Source: the human T2T-CHM13v2.0 reference genome, Homo sapiens
Length of the DNA stretch: 64,000 nucleotides
Reading direction: 5' to 3' (one strand)
NCBI RefSeq assembly: GCF_009914755.1
Contig: NC_060932.1
Positions within the stretch are counted from its first letter, which is position 1; every line of letters starts with the position of its first letter. Shown here one piece after another: positions 45,101-58,719 of the stretch. A program made the translations under genes and the position numbers. Under the pieces are notes generated by a model, which did not search any database, had not been told where the DNA came from, and saw only the letters and a program-made list of their open reading frames with translations.

Positions 45101-45649
45101 AGATCATAGTCTGGAATTCACGAATGACTTGTGCTTGACCGTGCATCTGACTGTTCTGTGGATAGGTCAAGTCCTGCTGGGATGGTTTATTTCCACAAGG
45201 TATTTCTGATAGTAACAAAAGGAGAGAATACATGAGACCTCATACCTGATTCTCCGTTCTCATCAGCACCCGCTTTTGACTGGGATGGATGGTGAATGAA
45301 CTGTCCCAAATTTGAGAACAAGAACTTTGAAGATGGACACATGGAGCCACGGGGAACAACAGGACTCAGTAGATGGGTAGGAAGAATGGTGACGAAGAGG
45401 AAGGCTTCCAGAAGTATGCGGGAGGAGAACATTAGCGGCCATCTAGGCATTCCTTCCTATACTCTCTGGGGCAGAAATAGAAAAACGTATTCTTTTCAAA
45501 CAGAGGAAATTGATTTTACGGAGTGACGTGCTTAAGCATTTTTTTTAAACAAAAGGCTCAGAGAAAATATCTAAAGAAAGAGAGGCACATTCTCAAGAAC
45601 AGATCATGTTATTGGAAGTAAAAAATCCAGGACTATCCTTCTACAGACC

Positions 45650-45780
45650 TAAGTCAAGTCACTCTTAGGGCCAATTTCTCTTTCTGTAAAATGGGAAGAA
45701 TATGGTTGACCTACCTCACAGGGGTGTTGTGAGGATTAAGTAATCATGGCTGGTAAAGCGCTTTGAAGATAAAAGTATTA
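45650..45780 (+). mobile_element. MIR fragment
   Basis: caagtcact...ctgtaaaatgggaagaat...cctacctcacaggggtgttgtgaggattaa...gtaaagcgcttt. Confidence 0.75.
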
Positions 45781-48700
45781 TGGTGATCAGGCTTGCTTCC
45801 TGTTTAAAAATCTAAACACCAATTGAGCATCTACTGTGTGCAAGGTGCAGTGGAGGAAGGGAATATGATCCAGTTCCTCCACTCTCTTTTGATTAATGGA
45901 TATATTTTAAAAGATTCCAAGAGGACAGAATAACAGAGTTGTCTCAATGTGGGTCAAGAAAGGAGTTCTCTTTCTGCCCCAGAAAAGCTACTCTCCTTTC
46001 CTTCTCAAATATTTAGACAAGAAGGAAGGGCTTTAAATTCTTTGGCTTCCATCAGAGAATGCTCCTGTGGGAAGCAAACAAATACTGGTTGTTCTGCTTC
46101 CTTTGTGGGAAAATGAAGGCAAATAGCAGTGAAAGTTCCTTGTGACCAGCACATATGGTTCTATTATTTCAGTTATTCCTTCTAGGCTCAGCTTCAGTTT
46201 TGCCATAGCCTTTTTCCTCTGTCTTCAGACCCAGAGAACAATTCACTTATGCTGTCCTGGAATAGCTGGGGATTTGGGGTTGATTGGTTTCCTTGGAGAG
46301 TCTGGTATACTGTTGTTTGCTGGAAAGTCTTGGCTTCCAAAGACAAGGGTCTTTACTCGAAAACAAATCAAAACATGCGACTGCCATTTTTTTTTTTTAT
46401 TTTTTTGGTGGGAGGAGTTTTCAATTTCTTAGCTGCCTCACATAAAGCAAAGCCTTTTAAAATGTCTCATTCATTTTTCCATGTGCAAAAAGTTCTTCCC
46501 TTCCCAAACATACTGAGTGAACCAAGTCTGGATTCTAAACTGTAGCACACGTCAAAGGATTCAGATGATGTGTACAGTGCCGTGCTGGAGGTTCACAAAT
46601 TTCTACAAAGAGCCAAACTACCTACTGCACTAAGCAGGTTGGAATTCCAGCCCCAAATCGAAGCTTTCTGGAAATGCTCCCAGAGCCTTTTAGCTTTAGG
46701 AATGCCCTTTCAGTATTCCTAGGGCAGTCCCCCTGAATCCTCAGAAATCTTTCTGCCACAGAAGAACATCCTCAGAAGCCAGTGGGGGCTTCCTCTGTGT
46801 ATTAGAACCAGAGAGAAGCCACTTGTTATTTTGAAAATCATTGTATGATGCCAGCCTTTAAGGAAAGAAGAGAGTTATTTTCTTTTCCTTTCAGAGGGAA
46901 GAAAGGACTGAGAGAAAGGGAAGGTGATTTGATTTGCTGTTTGGTTGCTAGAAGAGACGTGAGACTCAGAGGTCCATGGTGGCCTGTACCTTGGACATGG
47001 GACTGCGGAGGCCCGTGGTGAGTTTCCTTAGGCAGCTGAGGTAGTGCTGAGGTGCTACGCTCCTTTCTTTTCAACCAACCCTGGGCTCAAGGAAAGGGGG
47101 GCCTCAGTTTGGTGCTGCCAACTTGCCCAGATCATCCTCAGCGTCTCAGCCACGTCTCTGCCCCTCTCCAGCCTGTGTTCACGAGTGGCCCCCAACGTTG
47201 ATTCCAAAAGGCCTGCCTTCTTCGAGGCCTATGCTTCCATGCACATTGCTTCAGGTCAGAGCTGTCTGTCCAAATGCAACCACTGCAGCCTTTTCACTTG
47301 CCTTGACACCACTGTTGCTGCATGCTTCCACCAAATATGCCCCCACCCCTGCAGGAGCTGTCATTTCACTCCCACTGAGAGGGCCTCCAGAATTGCCCTG
47401 GGCCTCCAGGATTGCCCTGGGCCTAGCCTGCCTAAAACCCAGGACAGGCTCTGCTTCTTCCTTTTTTTATATCCATGTGCCTTTAAAAGGCGTGGCCCTG
47501 GGTCCTAGTTGAGCCTTTACAGAAGTGGAGGGCTGGAGAGAACAGGTGATGTTACTTAGGCAGTTGGGACACTCACTGATAACCTGTGAAGCCAATGTGG
47601 GCCAGTAACTCAGAATGCTGTTTTCCCAGCGGCTGGGCTGTCTAGGGCATCCGCTCTTCAAAATAACAACAATCCCTGTGATGTGGTTGCTCACATCTCC
47701 CCCCTGCTAACCGCTAACCTCATGGCACCTGCTCATTATTGATGGCTTCGTTTGTGTTTGAAATTACATTGATTTTTTAAATGCCAGAGAGAGAGAGAGA
47801 GAGCTGAAAGCCACACGAACTCTGAGATGATCTGAGATTATGAAATTGCTGTGAGTTATGCAGAACAGAGGAGTGCATGACCATATAACTACATCCAAAG
47901 TTTATTGATCCATCGAGATACATAAATGTGCCGGTCTTGGGCATATTATTTGTATATATGCATATGTATCTTTTTCTTAAAGGGCTGAAACAGTTTGATG
48001 CAACAGAGTATTCTGATGTTTAGGGCTCTTGCCGGGCTTGAAATCGACCTAGTCTAGATGGCTTTTTCCTTTCTCCCAGGCACAGGGTCATAAAGAAACC
48101 CCTGAGCTGGTTTATGCCTTCATTTCCTCCGTAAGTGACAGAAAGCCAATAGCAGGGTTCTACGGGGTCTTGACAGATTCTCTAGTTGCTACCAGTATTC
48201 TCAGCAGATTCACAGAACAACCTGGGATCCCCAGGAAGCAGCTTTCTAAACAACTCCCCAGAAGTTCTGGAATTTGAATCACACTGAGTACATCTGATCC
48301 ATTAGCGCAGCAGTCCCCCCGTAGGGAAAGAGAGGGGAATGTGCTGTGGACAAGTAAGCCTGGACGTTACCGCTCTGAGACCGGCCAGTGGTAGATGATC
48401 TTTGGCTGCCAGGATCTCTGGCCAGTGACAACCAAACCTGCTCTGTCCAGCTCCCCTGCACCACCAATCTCTGCAGGCGAGTTGGAGGCTGGCCCCTTGA
48501 AGCCATGAGGACTTGGGGAAAGAGTCTCCTCTGCCTAAATATGAAGTCCTTCTGGCATCTCTAGTAGACAGGGGACACTGCAGGGAGTCCTGCTTTGCGG
48601 GAGGCAGAACGCATTTTTCGGCAGCTCTGGGTACCTCCCCACAGGAGCGGCAGCGTTGACAACTCTGGAGTCCTCCAGACAGACTTCAGCAGAAACCCAG

Positions 48701-51700
48701 GTGCCCACAGCGTGCAAAGCCACCCAGAGCCCCTTCTGCCCTCGGACAGAATTGGCATGACCTGGAGCGACACGATACTTGGTTATGTGGGAAAAGAGCG
48801 TTTCAGGTGAGCTGGAGGAAGCAGGTGCTCATGCAGCGGGGCACGCTGAACCCTAAGTTTCTTTCTGGAGCAGAGTGTGGTTCTGAGCCTCTTCTTCTGG
48901 CTGGAAGAGCAAGGGAGGCCACCTGCAGTGTTGGGATCCATGGTCTCTGGATGTTTCCGATCCAGGCAGGGGCTTCGTAAGAGTCCACCTGGAAGACCTG
49001 GTATCAGGTGTGAGGCAATCACAGGGTCTGTCCAAGCCTGAAGAAACCCTTTCAAGCCCAGATCCCCAGAGGTAGCTTTGGATCCCCTCCTCTAAACTGT
49101 CACACATGCACAGCCTGTGTTTCCTGACACTCAGGGTGTGGCATGCGGCCAGTGGCTCCAGACGGTCATGCCAGCACCATCCGTCCCATCTCCTCCCCTC
49201 CATCTCTTCTCCCTTCCCCAGGCATGGTAGCCCCAGTAGTGAGGGCAGCAAATTGACTCTGCTTTCCCTACGATGGCCAAGTATATTCCAGCTTCCACAA
49301 CCCCTTATCTCCAGCCCTGATCCCCGTTGTACACAGTTTTCATTATCTTTTTCCTTACATGGACTCATTTGTGACAAGACATGTTTTTAAGAAAAATTTT
49401 TGTCTTGTTTTTCTGGTGTAACAGAAAATTGGCTTTTTGGGGTAGGAAGAAAGAATTAGGAAAAAGACATGGGAAGAGGACAGTGCCATGCTGGAAGGGT
49501 TGATGATGCCACCCTGCCTTTGGCGTGGTGGTTTTCTTTTACTTTAAAAAAAAATACACATCTGTTGTAGAAAAAAAGTTGGGGGCTTGGGGAGTAGGGA
49601 AAGAAGGCAAGAAGGAAGCGAGGAAAGAGAGAGAGAAGGGGAAGAAAGAAAGGAGCCCCCTTGGGTGTCACTGTCATTTCCTGATGTCTGGGGCTGCCAC
49701 GGTGGTTTGTTGTTTAAAGGAAATCCATTTTTCTCCCTGCAGCTGGGCTGAGCTTTCCAGCACTTTCCGGCTCTGTGTGTGCCTGAGAACGGGCCATGAG
49801 GTCCTGGCTCTGGCCTCACTGACTTCACCCCGCAGGGTCATTTTGGGCTTCTCTTGCGCCTGGTCACGGGCTCTCTCAACCCCTCCACCTGCCGCAGGGA
49901 GGCAGTCAGCAGAGGCTGGGAGACTGGAATCCAATCTCTCTTCTCATAACGACGGTGATTTTCATGGGCATTATTTTTGGGATTTGCTTAGCTTTTCTTG
50001 GATACTTTTCTCCCGAGAAGCTTTTCCATGTTCACTCCGTAAGGCTGAAGATGCTGCTAACTGATGCTCTCTAAAGCAAAACTAGTTGAACTTCTCAGGT
50101 AATTCAAAGCCTTGAGTACATACAATTTGTAATTTTCCCTAAAGGGCTAGCAAAATAGTCTCACTGCTCCTGTCCACCCTGAGCATTGGCTGTCTGACAA
50201 ACATGTCTGTGTATGTATTTGCGGGTTTTCAGGAAGCAGAGTCATAAACATCATTACTTTTGAGATTCCAAATATTTCCCCCCACCACCATGCCGAAACT
50301 GTGCTTGAGCAAGCATCCATCTATACAAGGAAAGGTTGAGAACGTGGCATCTCCAAGCTAATGGCGGGTGCCCCTGTTCCTCTTCCACTTTCACTAGGAC
50401 AGGAAGTTTGCTCACTGTGTGAAGTTTTAGTCACCATATGAAACTCACCTTTTCCAGCTGGGATTCCTTCCTTCTTCCCTTTGCCTCCATGTATCTAATC
50501 CTCATGGTTAGTTCTTACATCCTGAGAAGAGCCGAGTGAGTAGAATACAGCTTCCAAAGCTCATACCATGTTTTCCTTTACTCTGGAGTTTGCTGGTGTT
50601 AAAAATCATCTGTAGTGAACTATAGGCTAAGGAGAAAGCCTGTGAGCTGGACCTTCCTAGATGCAGGTTCATGACCACCTCCTGTTAACCAAAGTCTCGA
50701 CCTAAAAGAATAGAAATGACTTGATTTCTAGCCCCCATCTCTCTGGGGAAGATCTCTGTGGAAGTGACTTAGCCAAAGTTTTGGGGGAGGGCTAGAAAGT
50801 ACCTTGCCCTTGATCACCCTCAAACTACACAGGTATTGCTTATTGACACCCTGTGTGACAGGTCAGGGAGAGCCCTTATGCGTGTGATTGATGACACGCT
50901 ATGTAATTAATGCACCCTTTGGATGGGGGAAGAAGTCCTTATTCTTAATTAATTGAACTGAGCACCTCATATGTGCAAAACATCGTCTTTGCCCATAGAT
51001 AAAGCTGAGAGGGGAGGAAAGTACTGAATGAAAATTCCCAAGGTGTAAAGGCTAAGAGCAAAATCTTCACTTCCCACTCCTAGCAGCTCAGAATGCACAT
51101 TGCCATTTCGACTTCACCTAGTACAGTTGCTGGACTGGTTCTTGGAGCACTAAGAACCTTAGATCAATGGAAAGGCAGAGGCATGGAAGCCAGCAAAATG
51201 GGCAGAGACCACTGTCCTAGAACCACAGGAAAAGACTCCCAGACACTCCCGTCTGTTATTGTAGGTGTGTGGTGGAAAATAGTCTAAGAGGAGATCCAGG
51301 GAAAGGGAGATGGTGGTGAGGTGGCTTTTCTGTTCCCATGAAGGGGCTAGGGAAGCCTCCTTGCAAATGGAGAACTCTTCTGGCAGAAGTCTTTTGTTTG
51401 GCCCTGTTTTCCACACAGCAAAAGTAGACTTGGGTAAATAATTCAGATTGTTGGAAGGTGATAGGAATCATTTATTTTCCTTATACTGAACTTGGGAGCA
51501 TCACTTTTGGTATAGACAAGCATCAGAATTTGAAAACCTATTTTAGCTAAAACCTCCAGCTCAAGGAAGTAAGTATATCACAGAGGCTATTGGGTGGGAC
51601 CCCACCCCACCCAATAAGCAGCCTCTTGTCATTGAGAGAAGCATTGGTCCAGGTTTGGGAAGAAAGGTCCCAGCACAGGGAGCCATTTTGATCCTGGCCC

Positions 51701-52362
51701 CAGGTCTCCCTATCTTGTCACCATCAGCTTGGACAGTGGAAAGTAAGTCTTGGGAGCCTGAAGTTCACACCAGCATGGCCAGTTGACCTCCCTTGTACAG
51801 CCCAGACCTAAAGTCAGGAAGGACAATGGCTGGAGAGAACGCTGTGCCCCTGTATCCCCCACACCATGTTCAGATCTTCCTGCCACAGATACAGATTCCC
51901 CATTCCCACGTGGGACGTGGCTCCCTGCCTGGAAGGAGAAACCTAGGCAGGAGTATTTCAAGGCCGGCAAGTATGCTAATAAAAATTAAAATGCCATTTA
52001 ATATCCACTCTGCAGTCCTTCACTGCCTCCTCTCCTTTTCTGGTTCGTCAGTGGCACATTTAACTCTTGGTGCTCCAGATGGCCAATGACTTCCATTTTC
52101 TTGGCCAGACTATGAGGATGGAGTAATGTTGACTCAAAGTCAACATCCATGGTTCTCAGCTATGTGGACAGATGTGGACATCTGTCTGTCCTCATTAATC
52201 TAGACCTGGTGCTATTTGTGGCAAACTGTGCCTATGGATGTAATTTCCTTCATTTTCTTTCTTTCTTTTTTTTTTTTTTCGTAATGCATTGCAACTGAGT
52301 AATTATGCTAGAAAGACAGATTTCCATGTAGGACTTTCCTTAGCACACGACTTTTGTCCTTC

Positions 52363-52393
<31 letters not shown>

Positions 52394-54501
52394 GTTTTAG
52401 GAGAGCTGGGTTTTCAGTGTCTGAGACCCCTTATTTTTAAAAGAAAAAAAAAAGAAACTGTTTTTTCTTTTCTATTAGCCAAAAAGAAAATCGCATTAAA
52501 AAGAACAATGTCATGCTCTTTCTTCCCTCTCTCCCTGCTGAGTTGGAAGGGACAGATGCACATGGGCTGGGAGCTTTTGAATCAATTGCTCAAAAGACTT
52601 TTCTGTTCCCCCACCGTGGCGAGGTCAGGGCAGTGACAACAAACAATTTAACTTCTCGAACCTTGTGGTGCCTTTTCTCGTGGTGCTTCTCTGTTGTGTA
52701 ACTCCACTCAAGGCGACCACTTGCAGCAAACAGCAACGCCAGCAAATGGTATTCTGTGCCAGTGCAGTAACAGACTTTAATGTATAAATATATACTTAGA
52801 TATAGATATATCACCATAGTTATATAACTATATAATTGAGGTTCTGATGCAGCTTTGGTGGGAGTTGATCATTCCTCTACAAAAATATATACTACTCAAC
52901 TGGAACTAATGGCTCTCTTGAGGGTACTGACATTTGGGAAAGGCACAACAGATGAGATGGGTTACTCTCCTGTGACAAGTTTTCTTCTTCCTTCTTGTGA
53001 AAGTTGCTGTCTCCGTAACACAGAATATTTGATAAGGGAGCAAAGTGCAGCTTCTTTTGAACTTCCTTTGGTGCTGATATATATTTCTTTTAATTCTTTG
53101 TTTGTTTTGCTTCCCCATTAGTGGCCAATAAGCTGCTTTCCCCAAAATCTTGACTCACCTATCAAAGGTGGCAGGGGACAGTTTGGGAATAAGAGGCTGG
53201 AAGTTGGGCATCCCTCACTTCGTGTCCTGACTCAGTTTCCCCTGTGACCTGCATACGTCCCACACATGGGTTCTCCATCTACAATGAGTATCATAATATT
53301 TACCTCATGGGGAAGAGTAACTTAAAAGGATTAACTGATGATACTGAATCACTAGATCATTATTAATTTGGAGACAGCAACTTGACATGTTAAGATTTTG
53401 TTTATATGTTGCTAAGACTTAAATCTTGGGGTTTTGTTTTGTTCGCCTCTTGTTTCTCCATCTCTGCTATGTTTTCTGTCCTGCCTTTGGCAATACCTTA
53501 AATATTCTGTAACTGATGGAGATTCACCTAGGGCGTTGGGTAGTGCTAATTTCTCCCAAGGGAACAACATCACTAATACTGTATAAGGTGCTAGAATCAA
53601 ACCTCATTTTATATACTTTGGTTCTTAGAGAAAAACAAAACATGCAGAATTCTTTCTGTGAAGCCTTACTATAGATTGCTATAGCCAATTGTTTATCCAA
53701 AAAGTGAGACAGAGAGAATAGAAAATGAAGATAAGATGCAGAGATTCTGTATAAAGTGTAACAAAAAGACCTTTGCTATTTCTTATATTAAGGTAAACTA
53801 TCATATATATATATTTATATACATATATATATATATGTTTGAGGCAGATAGAATGGAAAAACGTACAGTGTGGTCATCTTTATTTTGTCAGTTAATTCAC
53901 AACTTTTAGTATGTGTGCAAGAGAGGTTTAGAGTGGGGATGGGATAAGGGATGCCCAGTGTGATATGGGAAATCATTCATCTTTCTGTTCTGTTCCACAT
54001 GTTAGTAGAAGGAGTAGGCTGAATGAGAGGAAAGGGGAATAAATCAAGACATAGATGTGCTTTTTAAATGTTCTGAGCATTGATGTTATGCTTTTGTGTT
54101 GTTTCTTCTTTATTCCAAGGTTTCTCTACAGTGCTGTAAAAATGTCCCCTGCCTAGGGCGCTAACCAATAACGTTTACCTCAAGAAAGCTTAAAAAAAAA
54201 AGCGGCAGTTTTTTTCCCATCTCTTAAAAAATAGTGTCCCTCTAACCAAAAGGTGAGGCATTTCCGCAGAAGTTCAGCAAGAGAAGAGAACCATTTCTGA
54301 GGCTTTCCTTCATGTCCCCATCCTTTTCTACCGCACCCCACCCCCTTTAGTTACTAATGAAAGAATCCAAGAGATTAGTTTTGACCAGAAGTGGGTTAGG
54401 ATGTGATTAAAGTGTATTATTGGTGAATATAAACTTTGCCAGAACTAGCGGTGTGGGGTCCTTTCAAAGGATGGCTGTGTACTTCAGATGTTTCATGCTA
54501 G

Positions 54502-54503
<2 letters not shown>

Positions 54504-54538
<35 letters not shown>
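54504..54538. repeat. (TG)17 microsatellite
   Basis: Directly visible perfect run. Confidence 0.95.
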
Positions 54539-54541
<3 letters not shown>

Positions 54542-57039
54542 GTATATATGTTCCAGTGTGTGAAATGTCTGGTGGACAGAGAACAAAATACCGCAAGCAG
54601 ACATGAACAGGAAAAGATATATATCAAATGCTATTTTATCAGATGATGCACTTGTTCACCTTGATGAGAAGCCACTGTTTCACAACTATGCAATCTTCCA
54701 GTTTTTCTCCCCACCCGTTCACCTTAGATTTCCAAACTGTTTTCCATAATCCTCACAGATTTTTTCCTTTGTACAAGAAACACAATATCCAATCCCTGGT
54801 TCAAGGTGAGCATGCTACAGTGATTCTTTTCCTAAATTTAAGAGCTAAAGAAAAAAGAATTTTCCTTTTCTTTAATTGGAAATGATTCAGTGTAACCTCG
54901 TTTGGTTCTGTAAGTGAACTGATGTGTATTTTCTGTTTCAGTTACATGTTTACAACTTGTTTTCATCCTCTTCTTGGTTCAAAATATTTATTTTCTTTAC
55001 AGATTCTACTTTTTATATATGTTTTGGGGATGTGTTAACTTAAGGCAAGAAGAAAAATTTGGCTTAAGTGGAAAAATGAGCATGTGACCTCTGGGGCCGG
55101 GGGTGGGGAGATCATGTGTACCTGCAGCTGAATTAGTACTTACATCATGGTCCTGAGTCAAGACCATGGCAGGGAATCTGGTGGACTCTGGGGAGGACCT
55201 GACCTGGGTGTTTTTCTTTCCTTATTTGTGGTCATCTCTATGGAGTAACCTATACCCAGAGGATGGACTAGTATTTTCTGCCTTAGCTTTAGGCCAACTG
55301 TGCCCTTCCTAGCTACTCCACCCAGTGCCAAATCCCATGTCCCTTCTGTTGCACCACGGACTCCTAATACCTCTCCTCCCCTGCCAGCCACTGAGGGCAA
55401 CTTGCCCAAGTGGGGTTAATGCATCTGCTTTCATTTCGAAAGTTAGATATAAAGGGAATCTTTGAGAGCCCAGTGTCAAAAGTGCTCAGGAAATTGGCCC
55501 TAGACTGTGTGCCATTTGGAAACATTTTGAAACATACTCATAGCTGCAGTGAGGGCAGCGGGTTCTAGCACATTTACAAACTACCATCAAGCCAGTTCGG
55601 CTGAGCAAGACTTTGAGAGGTTTTTAAAAAATAGTTGAGAGAAAGATGATAGGTCACATGGTTACACAAAGCACAAACTTGGCAGGGGAAGCCCTGTACG
55701 CAGAAGGCAGCTTTGCAACTTCTCTGGTTGTCTGCACAAGTCTGAGTTTTGCACATGGTTTACAAGTCTTGCACAAGGTGGCCGAGCCATCCAAGACAAT
55801 TTTTAAAAGAGAAATCCAGACACTGCCTAACTGCTCCAGCACAACATGCTTCCACTCGGCGGCAGGTGGGAGCTTAGATGAAATTCCTTTGGAGTGAAGA
55901 AGGAAGTCGGTCCTTTGATGAAGTGCATTGTCTCTAGTGGCCTCATTCCTTGCCTTCCCCAATCCTGCACATTCTCTTAGCTACTCAGGGGATCTGAACA
56001 AAGAGCTATTCATTTACTTTTGTCTTGTTCCATAGATCACATCTGCTGAGAACCATCCTGGGAATTTCTCACCCATTCTTTGGTCTTCTTTCTTATATAT
56101 AATAGGAATAAAGGGTTCCTCTTCTCCTTGAAGTGAGTAGTTTGGAGACTTTCAGAGCTGTCCTGGGACCTGGCCCTGCATAACCAGACCCCAAGAAGCT
56201 TCCCCAAAGCTGACTTGTCTTTAAGGCTCAGAAAGTCTACAGGGGATCTGTTCCAGGACACCATGAAATTTCCCAACTCCTGGCCCTCTCTAAAAATCAG
56301 CTGTACATTTGGAGGAGTCTCTTGGAGGTTGCCAAGGTCTGGACCTGTGACCCCAGTCCCCTCTAGCCTGCCCCATTGGCACTCAGGCCTCTGGGTCTTC
56401 ACTCACCTTGGGCAGAATGAAGAGTGGCCAAAGGTTGAAAGTGGTGGAGATCCCTCACTCCTTGCTTGCCCAGGGCCAAATCAGAGTGTCCAATACCCAT
56501 TTGGGGGCTGTGACAACCTGCCGTTCTGGGAAGGGTCATGCCCACCTCTGCAGTCTGTGGCATTGTTGAGTTTCTGCCCAAATCTAGACCCAGGAAACCT
56601 GCCTGTTCGGAAGCCTGACAATTCATTCCCAGTGTAAACAGAGCCTTTGCTGGAAAAATCTTCCCTATCAGAGTGGATGAGTCCGACCCTGTGCTATGTG
56701 GGCTCTTGCCATCCACTGGACCCTGAGATCCTGAGTGGCCCATGGATGTACAGTCCTGAATGCCAGGCCAGAGAGGTCAGGGGCGGCCAAGAGCCCTGCA
56801 GGGCTGGCTGCTTCTGAAGAAGGAATCTGGTCAGAGATGTTGTGCTTCCCCTGATGGGAGTAGGAGACAGTTCCTTAGAGGAAAGAAGCATTTAGAATTA
56901 CTGGGGTCTCAGGAATGTCACGTGTCAGAACCAGTCCAGTGTGGTCTGAGCGGGTGACATCAGTGATGCAGAGCAGAGCCCTTCTGGGGAGGATGAGAGG
57001 ACCCAGATACTGCTCACAGTAACCAAGGGCCACAGATGT

Positions 57040-57215
57040 GTCAGGCTCTGTGCCCAATGCCTCCATACAAATCATCTCCTCTAAATCCTGAGGATCACCT
57101 GGTGAGGTGAGAAATCCCCCCTTTTACAAATGGGGAAACTGAGGCTCAGGGAGTCCTCACATTTGCACAGGGTCCCATGGTCAGTCAGGGGTTCAGCTGG
57201 GGGCAGACCTCAGTA
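57040..57215 (-). mobile_element. MIR fragment
   Basis: ctgtgcccaatgc...atctcctctaaatcct...ccccttttacaaatggggaaactgaggctcaggga...ttgcacagggtc. Confidence 0.7.
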
Positions 57216-58064
57216 TCTCGGTTCGGCTTCATCCCTAGTGATCCTGCTCCTCTTCCAGGTGGACTCCACCTCATCCCCCTCCTCATGGCTCACAAACACC
57301 AGGGAGCTCACAGTGCCTGGTGTGGAATGTTTGGGACTAAATCCAGGAAGCCTGAGCATTGTTGTTTGCATTCAGTTGGCCCAAGAAACTAGGATAAGAG
57401 TGGGGAAAATTCAGGGACGATTAATGAAATACAGCGTCACATGGAAAATGATGCCTGCTTTCCAGAGGTCACCCTGAGCCCTACCCCTTCAGTTATGTTC
57501 TGGAGGAGATCCGTGGAACTGGAGCCCTCCCAGGTGCACTATGAGTTGTCTGTTTGGGTTGTCCTGAGAACTTTAGTGTCTCCTATCTGTCTTGTTTTGT
57601 TTTTGTTCTCCATGACCTTGAGAGATGACTTTCAGATAAATGGATTATTTTCCTAAGGATATAGGGGGGATGAGAAGTCGGAGTTAGAACAAATTAAGAA
57701 ATTTAAGCTTCACGGGGTCAGTTCTGAGGCAGTTTTTGCAGACAGTGACTGTGACTCAGCAGCGAGAAGGAGCAGTCCCGGAAGGACCCTGTGCTGGGCT
57801 AGGGAGAAGGCAGGCTGAGGTTGGGGGTGACCATGCCAGGGCCTGGGAACTGGCATCTGCTCCTGTCCTCACTGCTCTTGGGCTGGCCGTCGCCTCCCAT
57901 GAGCCCCAATGTCCCAATCTCTAAAATGCAGGCATAAACTTGGTAACCTCTGTGATTGATCCAAGCCAGAAAGGTATGAAAAAAGTGAGCCAGGCAAATA
58001 CATTTGATAAAGTGTCTTGAATGATGAATAGATACCTTCAGATTTGGGAACAGAAACCACTCTA

Positions 58065-58617
<553 letters not shown>

Positions 58618-58671
58618 TTACAACAATTACATCAGCTTAATGGCTACCGAGCACCCTCTGAGTGAGGACAT

Positions 58672-58672
<1 letters not shown>

Positions 58673-58718
<46 letters not shown>
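58673..58718. repeat. (CA)23 microsatellite
   Basis: Directly visible perfect run. Confidence 0.95.
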
Positions 58719-58719
<1 letters not shown>

